Shown: positions 26,517 through 38,650 of the stretch, in pieces | How the letters are laid out: each line of letters begins with the position of its first letter | Numbering within the stretch: position 1 is the stretch's first letter | Assembly (NCBI GenBank): GCA_053919585.1 | Contig: CM132785.1 | Strand: one strand, 5' to 3' | DNA from: Euprymna scolopes | Lineage: Eukaryota | Length of the DNA stretch: 64,000 nt | Notes under the pieces: generated by a model | Told to the model about the DNA's origin: nothing | Databases searched by the model: none | What the model saw: only the letters and a program-made list of their open reading frames with translations | Program-made: the position numbers and the translations under genes

Positions 26517-27039
26517 GTCCTATGCTTACTATAATCTTTTTACGAAAATATTAGGCAAGTACACATGTAGCATATGTGCACGGATGTAATAACACGTAAT
26601 AATAAACTTATAAACAGTAACCCCATACAAAACTGAAAAAATAAGTAATTAAATTAAAATGAATGGTGAACTGAATATGTAAAAAAGTAAAATCCTTTGC
26701 TAGTGAACGCCATTATGCGACCTATATATTACGAAGTAGTATTTTCTTTTTAAATAAATAGAACATAGGTTTTAAATATGAATATCAATAAATGAAAAAA
26801 AAACAAATTTATAGAAATATATAAAATAGAGAGGGATAGGGAGATTGGCGTAAGTATTTTATGAATGCTATTTGTGTGTTAATTCTAGTTTATGTTGTCC
26901 ATGGCGCCTAATATTTGGTGAGAATTCTATCGTTTTTTTTTTGTTTTTTGTTAAAAGAAAAATTTTAAACTTATTATTGGATCGACTTTTTATTTGTTTT
27001 TTTTTTGTTTTTTGTAATCAAAAATTAAAATTATCCCTT

Positions 27040-28264
27040 GAACAAGTATTAGATACACGCCATTTTAAAAAATATTACTAATAGGAATAGTACATTGAGT
27101 TTTCGGATGATCTATAGCATACGAATGTTATCTGACCAATAAAAACAGCACACGATTGTTGACAAGATAGTGCTACTAAGAATCGTCAGATTTCATTTGT
27201 ATTCTTGAAATAGAACGATTAAAAATGATAGAAAAAAGAATTCCTCGAAGATAAAGTAGATAAGATCATTGAACCGCACGAACGAGGATGAGGGTTTCGA
27301 CCATTTCTCAAAATAATCTTGTACTAAAGACATTAGCTTACATTATCCGAAAGTATTAGTAATATGGAAAGTACAGAAAACCTTCGAAGGAATGGAATGC
27401 CGAGAAAAATAAATGAAAGTACTTCCGGTTGATCAGCAAAATTGTTAAAAAAAATCGTTACACGTTCCGAAATTAAAACCTATCTGGAATTTATGTAAGC
27501 AATCAAAGTAAAGTGGGACTTTCATTCAGGGTCACCAAACGAGAGCTTAAGAAAAGATTTGATGTCAAACTCCGTTGGAACTTTGTCTAACCTTATTAAA
27601 AAAAAAGTTATGCAGTTTTGAAAAATATATAATCTGCTTGGATGAAACGAAATCAAGAAACGGAGCCATAGCTGTTTAGCGAAAAATATCGCTGTGCCTT
27701 CAACAAACACAATACGATCAGCAGCTGTAGTATGCGCACGATCTATTATGATACGGTGATGTTTATCCAGAAAAGACACTGGCGAGTTAAAAGTTATTTA
27801 TGATAGATAAAGAGAACATTCTGAATGTTTTTTGGTATGGTCGAAGTTTTGTGCTTCAACGCGGCCTGGATATCAAAAATATTGCAAAACTAACAAAAAA
27901 TTATTTTAAAAGATAGTACTAGTACTGTGAAGTGACTAAATCCGTGTTTTGACTCTAATCCATTTGATATTTTGTAGATTAATTGTTATATTTCTATAAG
28001 CGGAATAAAAAAAAACAATCAGTGGAATTATGCAAAGGAATATAATTAGAAGTAACGTTAGAGCAGTGTGAAAATGTTTGGCCCAACAAGAGAAATCGAC
28101 ACAATCCAGTTTAACAAAACAGTTTAACACAATCAAATATAAAAATTATGAGACTAATTAAGGCTAAACGATAAAAATGTCATCTCGGAAAGGTATGACC
28201 CCATTTCTGTTTGATGAAAGCCGTTTTTTTCTCATAGACCATCTACTTAGATAGCCAGTTATGT
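27040..28264 (+). mobile_element. Decayed Tc1-like transposon
   Basis: ENLRRNGMPRKINES (R.GRPRK linker), DETK (first catalytic D), SRKDTGELK and NPCFDSNPFDIL (degenerate SPDLNPIENLW). TIRs are not clearly preserved. Confidence 0.7.
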
Positions 28265-28472
28265 ACACATTCTAAGAACAGTATGAACGTGACACAATGA
28301 TTAACGGGTGAGGTCGGAGATTCGCCACCGTACAACTCGTACTCTCTAACGATCCAACACATTACAACAAGACCACTGACAGCGCCCTCCAAATGCAAAT
28401 TCAGGGGTTTGAAAGCTTGAGGCCACAGTTCAGTCTCTGATCAGGTTTATAGTCTTTAGTGTTGTTTCAGTT

Positions 28473-29009
28473 AGGGGACTACATCATGCCACCTCACATA
28501 TTCGAAGTCTGTTTGAAAGTAAATATCCAAGTGCACCTGGTTGTGCTGAAAAGGGTCGTGTACCTTTGGTGAAATCAGGTGGGCGCTTGCTGACCGGGGG
28601 TGCCGTAGCAGGACTCGGCGCTGGCATAAAAGCACAAAGATAGCCAAGCTTGGCTTCAGAAGGTCTGCTTCTGTTTTGTACTCTTCTCTCACTGCTCAAC
28701 TTTTTCTTTGGCCTGCACCTGCAAGACTACTTCGTTCGGTCATACGTAAAGGTCATTATGAACGGGGCATCCCACAACACCACAGCCAGTCTTATTGCCG
28801 CCATCAACCGAATATTTGTTAAGCTCTCGCGAGCGCTTGTGTAAAGGGCAGGCTATTTGTTCTGGACCCGTATTGAGGCGTCTACATGGATTGTATGTCA
28901 ACTCTCCAAAATTGTTTTGTTACCTAAATTGATTGATTTCAATAAACGTTTTAAAATAAAGTTGCACTTTAGTTAATATTTAGGACAACAAATTTGCCGT
29001 TCCACTCTG
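28473..29009 (+). mobile_element. maT/DD37D (Bmmar1-like) mariner 3' fragment
   Basis: IMPPHIFEVCLKVN, QDSA..HKSTK..AWLQK, LHLQDYFVRSYVK..SHNTTASLIAAI..RIEA, and a TIR-like tail AAATTTGCCGTTCCACTCTG. Confidence 0.75.
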
Positions 29010-29264
29010 ACCATTTGCATGGTGTGAGTTTGATACTTATCGTAAATAATGTATTCCACCATGTATTTTTAATTTTAAAACATACAAGTAAACTAGTTAT
29101 AAGAGGTAGTATTTACTTAATAAAATGCAACATGTCAAAAATTAACTAGTTATAACAAAACTTGCATTTAAGAGTGATTATAAAACACTAGATAAAAATT
29201 GATTATATTTCAATGGAAAACGGAGGGAAAATGATTATATGTGGATAGCAGTAATAAAACAAAT

Positions 29265-29630
29265 GTGTGTGTGTGAAAGTGCCTGTATGTATGTACATAT
29301 CCCTACCAAATTACTCTGTAAAATCTCAGTCCACCGACTCGAAATTTTAATGAGGGGTATCGAGACTTTGGAAAAGCTTTTGAATTGTTTTTTTTTTCTA
29401 GAAATGTTGCTGTAAGGGATTTAAAGTTTGAAGATTTGACTTTTTAAAATTCTATCGAACTCCTCCGCTAATTTTAGGTTTACACACTAGAAATTTTGGA
29501 TGGGCATGGATCTACTTTATTTGAGCCCAAAGACAAATGTTGAGAGATAAAAGTGGAGTCAATTTTTTTAAAGCGACCTGGACATTTTAGACTTCACATT
29601 TTCTGATTGCGCAAGCATAACACACTAGTC
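29265..29630 (-). mobile_element. Helentron/HINE-like repeat, reverse orientation
   Basis: Reverse complement contains the shared core (GATCCATGCCC..AAATTTCTAGTGTG..AAATTTCGAGTC..GGGATATGTACATAC) and a CA microsatellite tail. Confidence 0.65.
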
Positions 29631-29670
29631 CCTGTACGTATAAAAGGATAGTTATTTAATTATATATATA

Positions 29671-30188
29671 TATTAGCGGGGGTACCCGGCGTTGCCCGGG
29701 TGTGTGTAAGTGTATAAGGGGGGTAGATAAAAAAAACGCTGTTAAAAATATAAAATAAAATAAACGTTGGCCGGGTGTTTAGAGGTGAAAAAAAAGTTTT
29801 AGTAGAAAGGTAGGTTTGAACCCCGAACCTTTGACGGGGAGGTGGAAAGGAAATGGAAAAAAACCCTGCTAAATTGATACGTGTTAATTTGACGTTTATA
29901 AAGTGAAATTAACAGGTGCGAGAACGTTAAGTCGCGTGATGTTTAACCTAGTTTTGCGCTAGAAGTCAGCGGCGATCAAAAATATCTCGAAAATAGATTG
30001 TAAAAGTCGGGTAAATTAAAGATAGTTGCGACCCAAGTTCCTTAGTCGCATATATAATTTAGACAACAGATAATAAGTGTTAAGGAGCGGGCCAACCGAG
30101 AATCACGGCGAAATAATCCTTTTGTAGACACACAAAAAGCGAACACATATACATACACACATTTTCGCTTTTATATATATATATAGAT
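29671..30188 (+). mobile_element. Helentron/HINE-like repeat (subfamily related to 998-1375) flanked by TA tracts
   Basis: Starts TTAGCGGGGGTACCCGGCGTTGCCCGGG immediately after TA repeats and ends ACACACATTTTCGCTTTTATATATA. Confidence 0.7.
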
Positions 30189-30253
30189 TATATATACGCA
30201 TATTTAATATATATACATATATTTAGTGATTGTTATATATATATATATATATA

Positions 30254-31702
30254 TACTAGCATAAGTACCCAGCGTTGCCTGGGTTTACATACAGTTCCGT
30301 TTGGAACACACCTGCTACACCAATCATTTTCATCATGGGTAACATGGATACCCTCACAACAATTCCATAAATAAAAGAACGGATAAAGACGTAAATTTAA
30401 TCGTTCCTTAAAAGAAGTACCTGATACCCTCTCCACCGGATATTTCGGCAGAATGGATACAGATAAAATAAACTATTTCCCTGATATTTAGTACTATAAG
30501 TACCTACCCTAAAAATAAATAAATTAAAAATAAATCATTAGAACTTTTGTTTCATTAAAGATAACAGCGAATGCCTGCGTGATCGCAAAAATAAATAAAT
30601 AAATAAATAAAAATAACCAAGTAGATAGAACTCCTAAAAAAAATGAAGATCTATCAACAATTAATTCAAAACAATTAAATTAAATTTTTCATCATTTTAT
30701 GCTTCTAATGTAATCTCCCTCCAAAATAACAAAACAGAATTTGTCATATCTTGGGGTCCATTTTGTTTATAAAAGTGTAAGGTGAAAGTACAGAATGGTG
30801 TCATAAAAATTAATTAAATTTATAATTATTTTATGTTTCAAATGTAATTCCCACGCCCACTAAACAAAAAAAAAACTGTATTTGTCATGTTTTGCCCTAT
30901 CCATCTCCATCGCTAAATTTGAAAAAAAATATGCTAGAGATGATATATCTCGTTGAATGCTTTGTGGCCAAAATTGGTGTTCATTTTTACGTTAAATTTA
31001 TATAGAAACGTGATCCCCGACTTCAAAATGTTAATTTTCTTTTTTTCGAAATTATTCTTTCATATTATTTATAAAGATTGTTTAAACGTATTAGGGCCCA
31101 AAAAAGTAGGTCCTAATTTTGTTAGGGGTTAAAAGACGCTGAGTCACGTCGTAAAAATTTACCTTTTTTAAATTAGAAATTAAACTTTGTAATCGATTAG
31201 ATTAACGTGAAAAAAAAAAAAGTGTAAATTGTGGAATTCAGAGGGGGGCAGTAGATCCTATTTTTTTAGGTATTAAACAACGATGGGTCACATCGTGAAA
31301 TTTGCGATTTCTGTATAGCTGTTTAAAGAATAATACTAACAAACAAATGAAATGATCGGAAGATTCTAAGGGGCAAATAACTCTAAAAGTTTTTTAAAAA
31401 TTCGATGTTGAAATAATAATTCCCCCCCAAAAAATGTTAGCAATATAATTATTGTTTAAAATGTATTAAAAACAATTTTAAATAAAAATCTGAAAACAAT
31501 TCTCTCGCTAGAAACATTAAGATACTGCTATTTAATAAAATCGATTTTTCTTAATGTCATATGCAAATGACATAATCTTTTTATTGTATCTAGTTTCCAA
31601 GAATGAAGCTATATATAGAAATAAATGAAAGAGTAAAGTAAGGAGACTTTTGTATATATTAATCCAATTGTGAACAAACAAACAGACAGGATTACGGATT
31701 TA
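30254..31702 (+). mobile_element. Longer Helentron/HINE-like element
   Basis: TACTAGCATAAGTACCCAGCGTTGCCTGGG follows a (TA)n tract; ends ACAAACAAACAGACAGGATTACGGATTTATATATA before another (TA)n tract. Confidence 0.6.
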
Positions 31703-31717
31703 TATATATATATACAT

Positions 31718-31775
<58 letters not shown>

Positions 31776-33420
31776 AAGGGCATTATTATTGTAATAATAT
31801 ATACATACTTCTTCTCTGTTATTGGTTTTACTAAAAATAAGTTTCCTATCGAATGCAAACATTCGCCTTTTAAGAATCTTTTACTGCGAGGTCTTTTAAA
31901 TATTTTAATATCACTTAAAGCGCATTTTGTATCTCATTTCTACAGGTGCATTTAATATATTCGTCAAAAAGTTCTCACGTGTTCGTAATACCGTGTATTT
32001 GCTTTCCGAAACATCGTTCACGTAATCTACTTGCGTATATTTCGTATTCAAATGTTGTGCATATACACCCTCTCTCTGCGTAATTTAAATGGGACCTCAG
32101 AATCTATTTAAAACGGTTTAATTTTTGTTGATTGTTCATATTTTTTGAATTTTTTTATTCTCTTTAAATTACAGAAACCGCAAACCATTCCTATTTCATA
32201 ATATGGCTTTATTTAATTTCGAGTTATATTTTATTTGTTGTATTTTTTTTTGTTTTTGACTTTTTCCCTCCGTTATCTTATGAAGTTTGCAGATTTGATG
32301 TTTCGTTTTCCTGCGCCGCCGAATTAAAATACAGCTCCTTGATCTTGTCAAAGAGAAACCCATTCGAAATATAAGATTTCCGAATTCAATGGCCTGGACA
32401 TCAAGTCTTTTTGTTCTTGATCATTTCCTCCTTTATTTAATTGTGTTGGTGTTGTATGAATGCCATTCTTTTAAATCTTTAATTTCATTTGTTATCATTC
32501 GGGCTTTGATTTCATTGCGTTACATTTATTTATTTTTTATAACTGTGACTCATTTTCTTTTGGCGTCAGTTTGTTTCCCTTTGTTGTTCGAAGTTTGTTC
32601 ATTATTTATTTAATTATTTATTTTCTTTATTTAATCGTTTTGCTAAGCTTCGCAGTCGATTTAAACTGTCACTATTTTCCGCAATTATTTATTAATTTAT
32701 TATACCGTTTCTTCTATCTAGTGTAATCTATAATACATTAAATATAGAATACACTAACCAGTGTTTTATCATTCTATTTTACTATACATGATTTTGAGAA
32801 TGCAATCCAAATATTACATAATTACGGGAGGTTAAATGGCATAGTTTGTTTATGAGCAGGGTGAGACAGAATGTTAATGTACGTATCAAGATATGAGGCG
32901 ATCAAGTTGCTTATTAAAGTGTTCTTCTGAATCTAAGTCACTAAATACGAGACAATACAAATGTTGAACAAGCTGAACGTGTGGCAAAATGTTTCCCCAT
33001 AGAACTACTGAACTCTTTGTTTATGAAATTGTTACTTCTTTCATTGATGATACGTTAGATGAATCTTACAAATTCATTTAAATTGCTGAATAACGAATGA
33101 AAAACTGTAATACATTTTAAATGTTGTTAACGTCTTCATTAATGAGAAAAACGTAAGTAAAGTCAACTAGGAAGTACATATGCACTTCCTAATTGACTTT
33201 ACTTATTTTCATATTTCTTTTTATATATCTCTGTACTTAATTATATATATCAACCAATATATCTAATCTTAGATCGAACATCTCGTCCTTTATGGAAACC
33301 ATCATTTTATATATTAGCTGCTAAATGTTTGCCGGCACATATCTATATAATCTATGCATTTGCAAGCGAGATATTTTAATTGTTCAAGGTATATTATTCT
33401 CACCTATTGGAAACGTATTT

Positions 33421-34300
33421 TTAATTACATTTTCACCCCAAACAAGGCACATTGCCGCTTTTATGTAGGAGACTACTATCAGGGACCTAAGTTACAGGGG
33501 TGCTATGTTGGGGGTTTTGCAGAAAGATGTCGGTTCCCGTTACATTCAAATATGTGCATCTCAGTACAGTTGGAGAAGCAGAGACCCGGAGGGGAATACA
33601 AAGTCTAGCAGTTCTGTGGAAGAAACTACTGGAGTAGAAAGCTTTCCTATATCTAGGAGTCTCTATTATTTAGGGGTGGGATTTAGCTGCTTGTCAGTGG
33701 TACCCACGTAGACGGAACACAAGTGCTTGCAATTCGTCGGAGCATTCACCATTAACGTACTTGTAGAACAGGAAGAGGGATGCACCATTACGTCGATGGG
33801 GCAGAGTCTACAGCTTAGATGACAATTCACGACCTATCATGTTGGCAAATCATTTGAACCTTGTCTCGGAGCGATAGATTAATAGCAGATTCACCATCCC
33901 AAATATGACAACAATACTCCATATATGGGCGAATGGTGGCCCTATAGATGTGCAATATACTTTCGGGCGTTAGTAGCTTTCTAGCAGATTAGAGAGAACT
34001 ACCTTTTTTCCCAGCTTTCCTGGCAATGTTCTCAATATAATTGTTCTAACTCATGTTTACTGTGAACGTTAGGCTGAGGAGTTTAAGGAAATACTTTCAC
34101 GTAATGTGTTATTGGCCATTGCTATTGGTGGTAGAGAAGGTTACTTGTAATTATTAAAGGACACCAATTTGGTTTTGGCAGCATTGAATGTGATCATCCA
34201 TTTTAGTTCCCATTCTACTAAAGATTGGATGTCATCCTCTAGTGTTTCTGCCAATTCCTTCGATATGTGTTCGTTTGATTTTCCTGTCGTGCATGTGATC
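33421..34300 (-). mobile_element. CR1/L2-group LINE 3' fragment (second subfamily)
   Basis: LEDDIQSLVEWELKWMITFNAAKTKLVSF, PYMEYCCHI, PHRRN; the 3' UTR matches 59590-59670. Confidence 0.85.
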
Positions 34301-34309
34301 GAGCGTGGC

Positions 34310-35900
34310 GTCAGCAGGATTGTTTTATTTACTATTATCCGCAAAAAGTGATTGTGGTCTACTGGTTAACGACACACTCACGTCATGTACGGACCAAATT
34401 TTAATCTACATCTTTCCATAATGACATCAATCAGAATTTTAGCAATCTTGCGATGAGAAAAAATATGGTGGAAACTGATACTAACAAAATAACGGAGTGA
34501 TACGATATGACGATGACTGTTTTGCTCAATGTGATCTTTCATATCTAGTGCAAGAATCGTGTCTACTTCTTGAAGGGAAATCGGCTTCAAATTAAAACTG
34601 CCTGTGGCCCAGCAGATATTTAACAGAGGTAAATAAGTACACCTACCTAATTTCACTTTTCTCGGGAACTATCGTTTTTTTTTTTTCGATTTATTTCATA
34701 TATCTCCTGTGAATTATATCTCGTGTTTAGTAAGTAAATTCGTTTTACTTGCTATTCTGCGAGGACCTCTATGATGTTGCTTCTTTCTCATGAAAGTCTC
34801 TGCGGCATTGTTAGCCGCTAATTGATCGAGCATGTGCTTACCGTCATTATTCACATGATCCTTGAGTCATTCTCCGATCCACACCAGTAGTAGACCATCC
34901 CTAAACTCGTATACAAATTTCACTAGCTCTGGGTTTGTACAGTGGCCGAGCTACCTTTATTTTTCTACGCTGCTAGCAATGGTTTTAGACGAACCCGTTT
35001 CCCAGTACCAGTTCTATATTCTATCTAGCTGTTAGGAATGTTTTAAGTGGTTTGGGTTACGGTTCATAATCTTGTTTAAATATTTTGTAACCGTCGTTGA
35101 AAAACACAAATGTATTTTATATATTATAAAAACCAACACATTTTAGAGCAACAAACATAAAAATTGTAACGTTACTTAGTACAACCTGCGTTTAGAATTA
35201 CTTTTCTTTTCTTCCGTTTATGCTTATGGCGACTGTACGTGTGGTTTACGCTGTCTGGTTCTAATTATTGATTTCTTTGAGTCCTGCGGTTATTTTCGTT
35301 TAATTGCTGGTCGCTGTCATATGTTCCGTAGTGTTATTTTTGTCTAGTGGTAAGACTTGCAGCTGTGTTCGTGGCTTTTTTCTCAGGGGGATTACTGGTG
35401 TTAACGAAAGCAAATGTGATGTATGGCGTGCCGGAATATCTATGTTATGAGGAAGTTTTAGAACAGTTATTTTGTTCTGAACATGATAGTCATATCCCCA
35501 GCTGTTAGACATGATGCAGCGATAGACAAGGCTCATTTAAATGAAGGGTTTGATTAGCGTTCGGCTCGCTTGTTTGATGGGGGTTGTCATTTGATCTTTT
35601 TAGCATTGTTAATCGTCATTTAGGTTGGGGTGTTTCTCGTTATTAATAGCAGGGATTGTTCGGCTGGAAATGCTGCTGCTCCGGTAGGGGGCCAACCATG
35701 ATAGACCAAGAGGAAGAACCGCATATTTTCCACGCAGTAATTGAGTTCACACAGCAATGTAGTCTACATTGCACTGTCTACTCCTCATTGAACCGAAGAT
35801 AACCCACAGTATATATTACGACATTAATTTAGGCTTGAATTGAACTTGGAGTTAATGATTCCATGATGCTATAAACAGAAAGATTCATTTTCCACGTACC
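34310..35900 (-). mobile_element. Decayed Penelope-like element
   Basis: Minus strand has YEFRDGLL..LA..M (degenerate Y.Q.DG..MGS.LA) and FT.E..LPLLNI motifs. Highly degraded. Confidence 0.4.
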
Positions 35901-36963
35901 CCTGTCTCGTCAAACACTTATTGTTGATTTATAAACTAGGCCTTCCTGCTTGTGCGGTGACCCCCCCCTAAAAAAAATCAGCAATTCTGATATTGGACTG
36001 TATCAGAATATTTTCTTTCGTTTATATTAAACCGTTATGTTTTTGCATAAGATTTTACAATTATCGATTTTAATACATCCCGGGATATTCCGATGAAAAA
36101 CATTTAAAAAGGAAAGAATTTATATGTGAATTACATTAGGTTGAAATTAGTAAAAGATGATCCAGCAACTTTTGCGCCGGCTCGAAGAAATTACGAAACA
36201 GAAAAAACGCTTTTTTATGGATAATTAGAAATTACAAATTAATACTTGTATTTTTTCACTAAAATCGATAATAAAAACTCTTAAGCTATTATTATTGATT
36301 CATTACGACATATGTTACATGCAAGATCTTTCTTAAAATTACATTATAAAAAAAACAGAATAAAATCTTAGTATTTACACATTTTAGGAATCGATAATTC
36401 TTAATACCAAAAATATGAACAAAAAGCAAAATTCTTTTAGATGTAAAAGAAAAATATGATTCTTAATGTAAGATAAAAGATGTCCAGTTGATTTGCCGCG
36501 CAACATATATTTTTTAGGACTAAGCTTTACGTCATATTCGTAATTGAGATCGGTAGGAGGTAGATGTTCAGTCATTTTTAATGATATACAATTACAAAAG
36601 GTATATCAATGCACATTAGAAAGAGGCAACGGAAAGACTTATAAAGTAAAAGCGAGAAGAATAATTATGTTTGAAAAAAATACTTCTAAGTTTATTTTTA
36701 GCTCTAGATGTAAATATATTTAATCTATTCTTCTGTGTATGTCATACTTCCAAAGGTAACATACACAATTTAATTATCATTTCCATATGTAAAACTTTTT
36801 ATTTTCCTATTTATAAAACTTGTGAAAGTAAAAAAAAAATGAATAATGAAGCAATGATTTTGACAAAATCGTAGTTCTGTTAAAAAAATGCGATGAATTC
36901 TCTGTAGGAAACTCAACAGATAAATCTATTCTTTGGTGTTTCCTATTGCATGGCAAACATTTA

Positions 36964-37586
36964 TTACCGTATTAAGTGGTCTGACGTAACAGTCCCTGAT
37001 GATCCATTCTGTGTTGAGCCCCTATAATATTTAGGTGACTGAAAACGATATCCAATGACAAAGATTATAGCAAAACTTAAACAAATCCACATGGAATCAG
37101 GAAAAGAATAACACATAACGCAGAAAACATTCAGAATAAATTGACAATATTTGAAAACAAATACTTCGGCCCTTGATTTTCTTAAAGAAAATTCCCAATA
37201 TTGAACTATATTAATACGGCATGATAGTTTTAATACAATATATGCTATCAAAACAGTAGGAAAATCACGCCACATTGAAGCGGACAAATAAAGATATCAT
37301 GTTTAAAAAGAAATGTCATTCATTCTATGCTTGTATATAATCATATTTCAAACTATTTTCACTTGTAAAGTGATTTATTTCGGCTCCCAAAGTTTATTTA
37401 CTTGTAGATGTGTAAATAGTTGGGATTGTCTTTTTTCCTGTCGTGTATTACCTTTCATCCTCCAGATAATACCGGACCATCATGAGTAAATACGCACCGT
37501 TTCAGGCTCTTCCTTTCTACGGCTTTTTCGTGTTTCGTACAATTCACTGATACAATATCCTATTATCTTAATTGCGTGTGAATAAC
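36964..37586 (-). pseudogene. Two exons of a papain-family (C1A, cathepsin-B-like) cysteine protease pseudogene or highly diverged gene
   Basis: Exon 37586-37452 (acceptor AAACAG, donor AAG|GTAATA) reads GYSHAIKIIGY..YS*WSGIIWRMK-G, compared with GGHAIKIIGWG..NSW...WG.KG. Exon from 37038 (TTTTCAG) reads HLNII/RGSTQNGSSGTVTS..* across frameshifts, compared with GFFKILRG..CGIES.V. Confidence 0.45.
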
Positions 37587-37889
37587 CTGTTTAATACAAT
37601 GAAAACCTGAAGTTTAATAATTTAGCGTGTCTGTTATGAGCAACGTCTTTGGACATGTTATTTGTATTTTCAAAGGCTCCATCTTACTTATTCTTATATT
37701 TAAGACCCGCTCACATAGAAACATATGAAAATGAACAAAAAAGAAAAAATAGAGAAATAAAAAAATACAAAAAACAATTAAGAGTAAATACAAGTATAAA
37801 TAAATTAATGAAGTAATAAAAAATAGATAATGATAGAAATCATTAAATAAATGTAATCACAGATAACTACACTGTCAACGCTTACTACT

Positions 37890-38650
37890 ATATTATACGT
37901 ATCTCTTTTTTTCCAGCCTACATTGGTCATTGTAAGGTTATCTTTATAAGGCGTTTAATGGCTGCGATTCTTTTGGGCCTTTACTTCCAAACTGGTTTAG
38001 AAGTTGATATAGGTTTCTTACAAGGAAACCCTTTGATATAATCTGAACATCTGGAAAGATTTCAACATAACGGTTCCGGTATAGTCCAAGCTTTATATTT
38101 CTCTATTTTGTGTATGTGTTGCTTTTCTGCCCGCCTCTCATATGACACTGTCAATTTAATCAAGATGAATATTGTATTTGTTCTTGACAACAGAACAAGG
38201 GCTGTTGCCTTTTAACTTATAAGTTTTGAGTAATTACTTTGCCATCGACGGAGATATTCAGCGTTATTTCAATCGTCATCGAGTCCAACAATATTGTGAA
38301 TGGATACGCTTTGGTCCGATTCACATTTTCCCCTCAGCAAAAATAAAAAAAAAATACTTGTAGCTTCAGTTCTTCCAGTGCTAAGCAGGAACTAAGAACA
38401 CGTTCCATAGCATGTGAGTTCTATTTGCCTAGATGGCAGATAAAATCGTCTACTTTTTCCTTTTCTCCAGATTAATCATTGAGGGGACCACGTCGTAAGT
38501 TGAGCAAACCCTCAGCGGTGCCATATGCCCAATGTCATTCTACATAATAGATCTTTGCTTCTTCCCAGTTTGTCCATTGACCTGCTGTCACTGTTGGCCG
38601 CTTTTTACGAGCCTGTTATATCTTCTGATGTCTTATTAGATGTGTTTATT
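37890..38650 (-). mobile_element. HERO-clade (restriction-like endonuclease) non-LTR retrotransposon 3' fragment
   Basis: QQ..GQWTNWEEA, DIGHMAPLR..STYDVVPS..NL, a degenerate CCHC knuckle (CHL..VLSSC) and LTVSYERRAEKQHIHKIEKY..EIFP..SKGF (RLE domain). Confidence 0.75.
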
